Part shown: positions 63,681 through 64,000 of the stretch, piece after piece
How the letters are laid out: the number at the start of each line of letters is the position of its first letter
How positions within the stretch are numbered: position 1 is the stretch's first letter
From: Paraspadella gotoi
Lineage: Eukaryota > Animalia > Chaetognatha
Length of the DNA stretch: 64,000 bases
Direction of reading: 5' to 3'
Assembly (NCBI GenBank): GCA_051294375.1
Contig: CM119263.1
Span: 5,906,382-5,970,381, forward strand
Notes under the pieces: generated by a model
What the model was told of the DNA's origin: nothing
What the model saw: only the letters and a program-made list of their open reading frames with translations
Databases searched by the model: none
Made by a program: the position numbers and the translations under genes

Positions 63681-64000
63681 AAAAAAAAAAGTGTGTTTCC
63701 AGAGACAAAAAAAATATGTGACATAGACAAGGAAATAAGAGGGAAAGAATAGGTGAGTAGATATTGAGGATCAGAAGTTGTAAAGTTGGGAGGGCAGACC
63801 TTGATGGTGAGTTTTGAAAAAATTGTATATGTGCCTCAAACTCTCTGTTTATAAATGAAAAATCGACGCGACGGAGAGAGACGAAAACAAAACAAACAGG
63901 GTAATAAACATAAATAATAAAAGATATATTTTGCAATTTGCTACATACAAAGACAGATAAGGTAGTTTAATTAATATAAATAAATTAAATGATGGCAACC

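Overview
AT-rich, (GA)n-rich eukaryotic DNA from an invertebrate animal with compact, intron-containing genes. All exon models below were built by hand from splice sites and reading-frame phase. From left to right: (1) the 5' exons of an ABCC/MRP transporter; (2) a complete 6-exon clan-2 cytochrome P450; (3) a full-length CsRn1-like Ty3/Gypsy LTR retrotransposon with an AAGT target-site duplication, about 475 bp upstream of the P450; (4) a 4-exon orphan secreted Cys-rich protein; (5) a 10-exon STAM (ESCRT-0) gene whose 7.2-kb first intron holds an antisense, intronless 6.26-kb receptor tyrosine phosphatase; (6) an 85-aa single-pass membrane microprotein missed by the ORF track; (7) a 9-exon orphan nuclear receptor, possibly NR7/NR8-type. 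The best candidate for a new system is the nested phosphatase. Its ectodomain appears to have domains inserted inside domains: a C-type lectin split by a mucin repeat and furin site, and a MAM domain split by discoidin-like and kringle-like modules. From about 45.3 kb onward the sequence is low quality. After a 25-N gap, 50513-63680 is an indel-ridden re-read of 37402-44840 and is most likely an assembly artefact or second haplotype. Domain calls come from motif recognition by eye, not from database searches.
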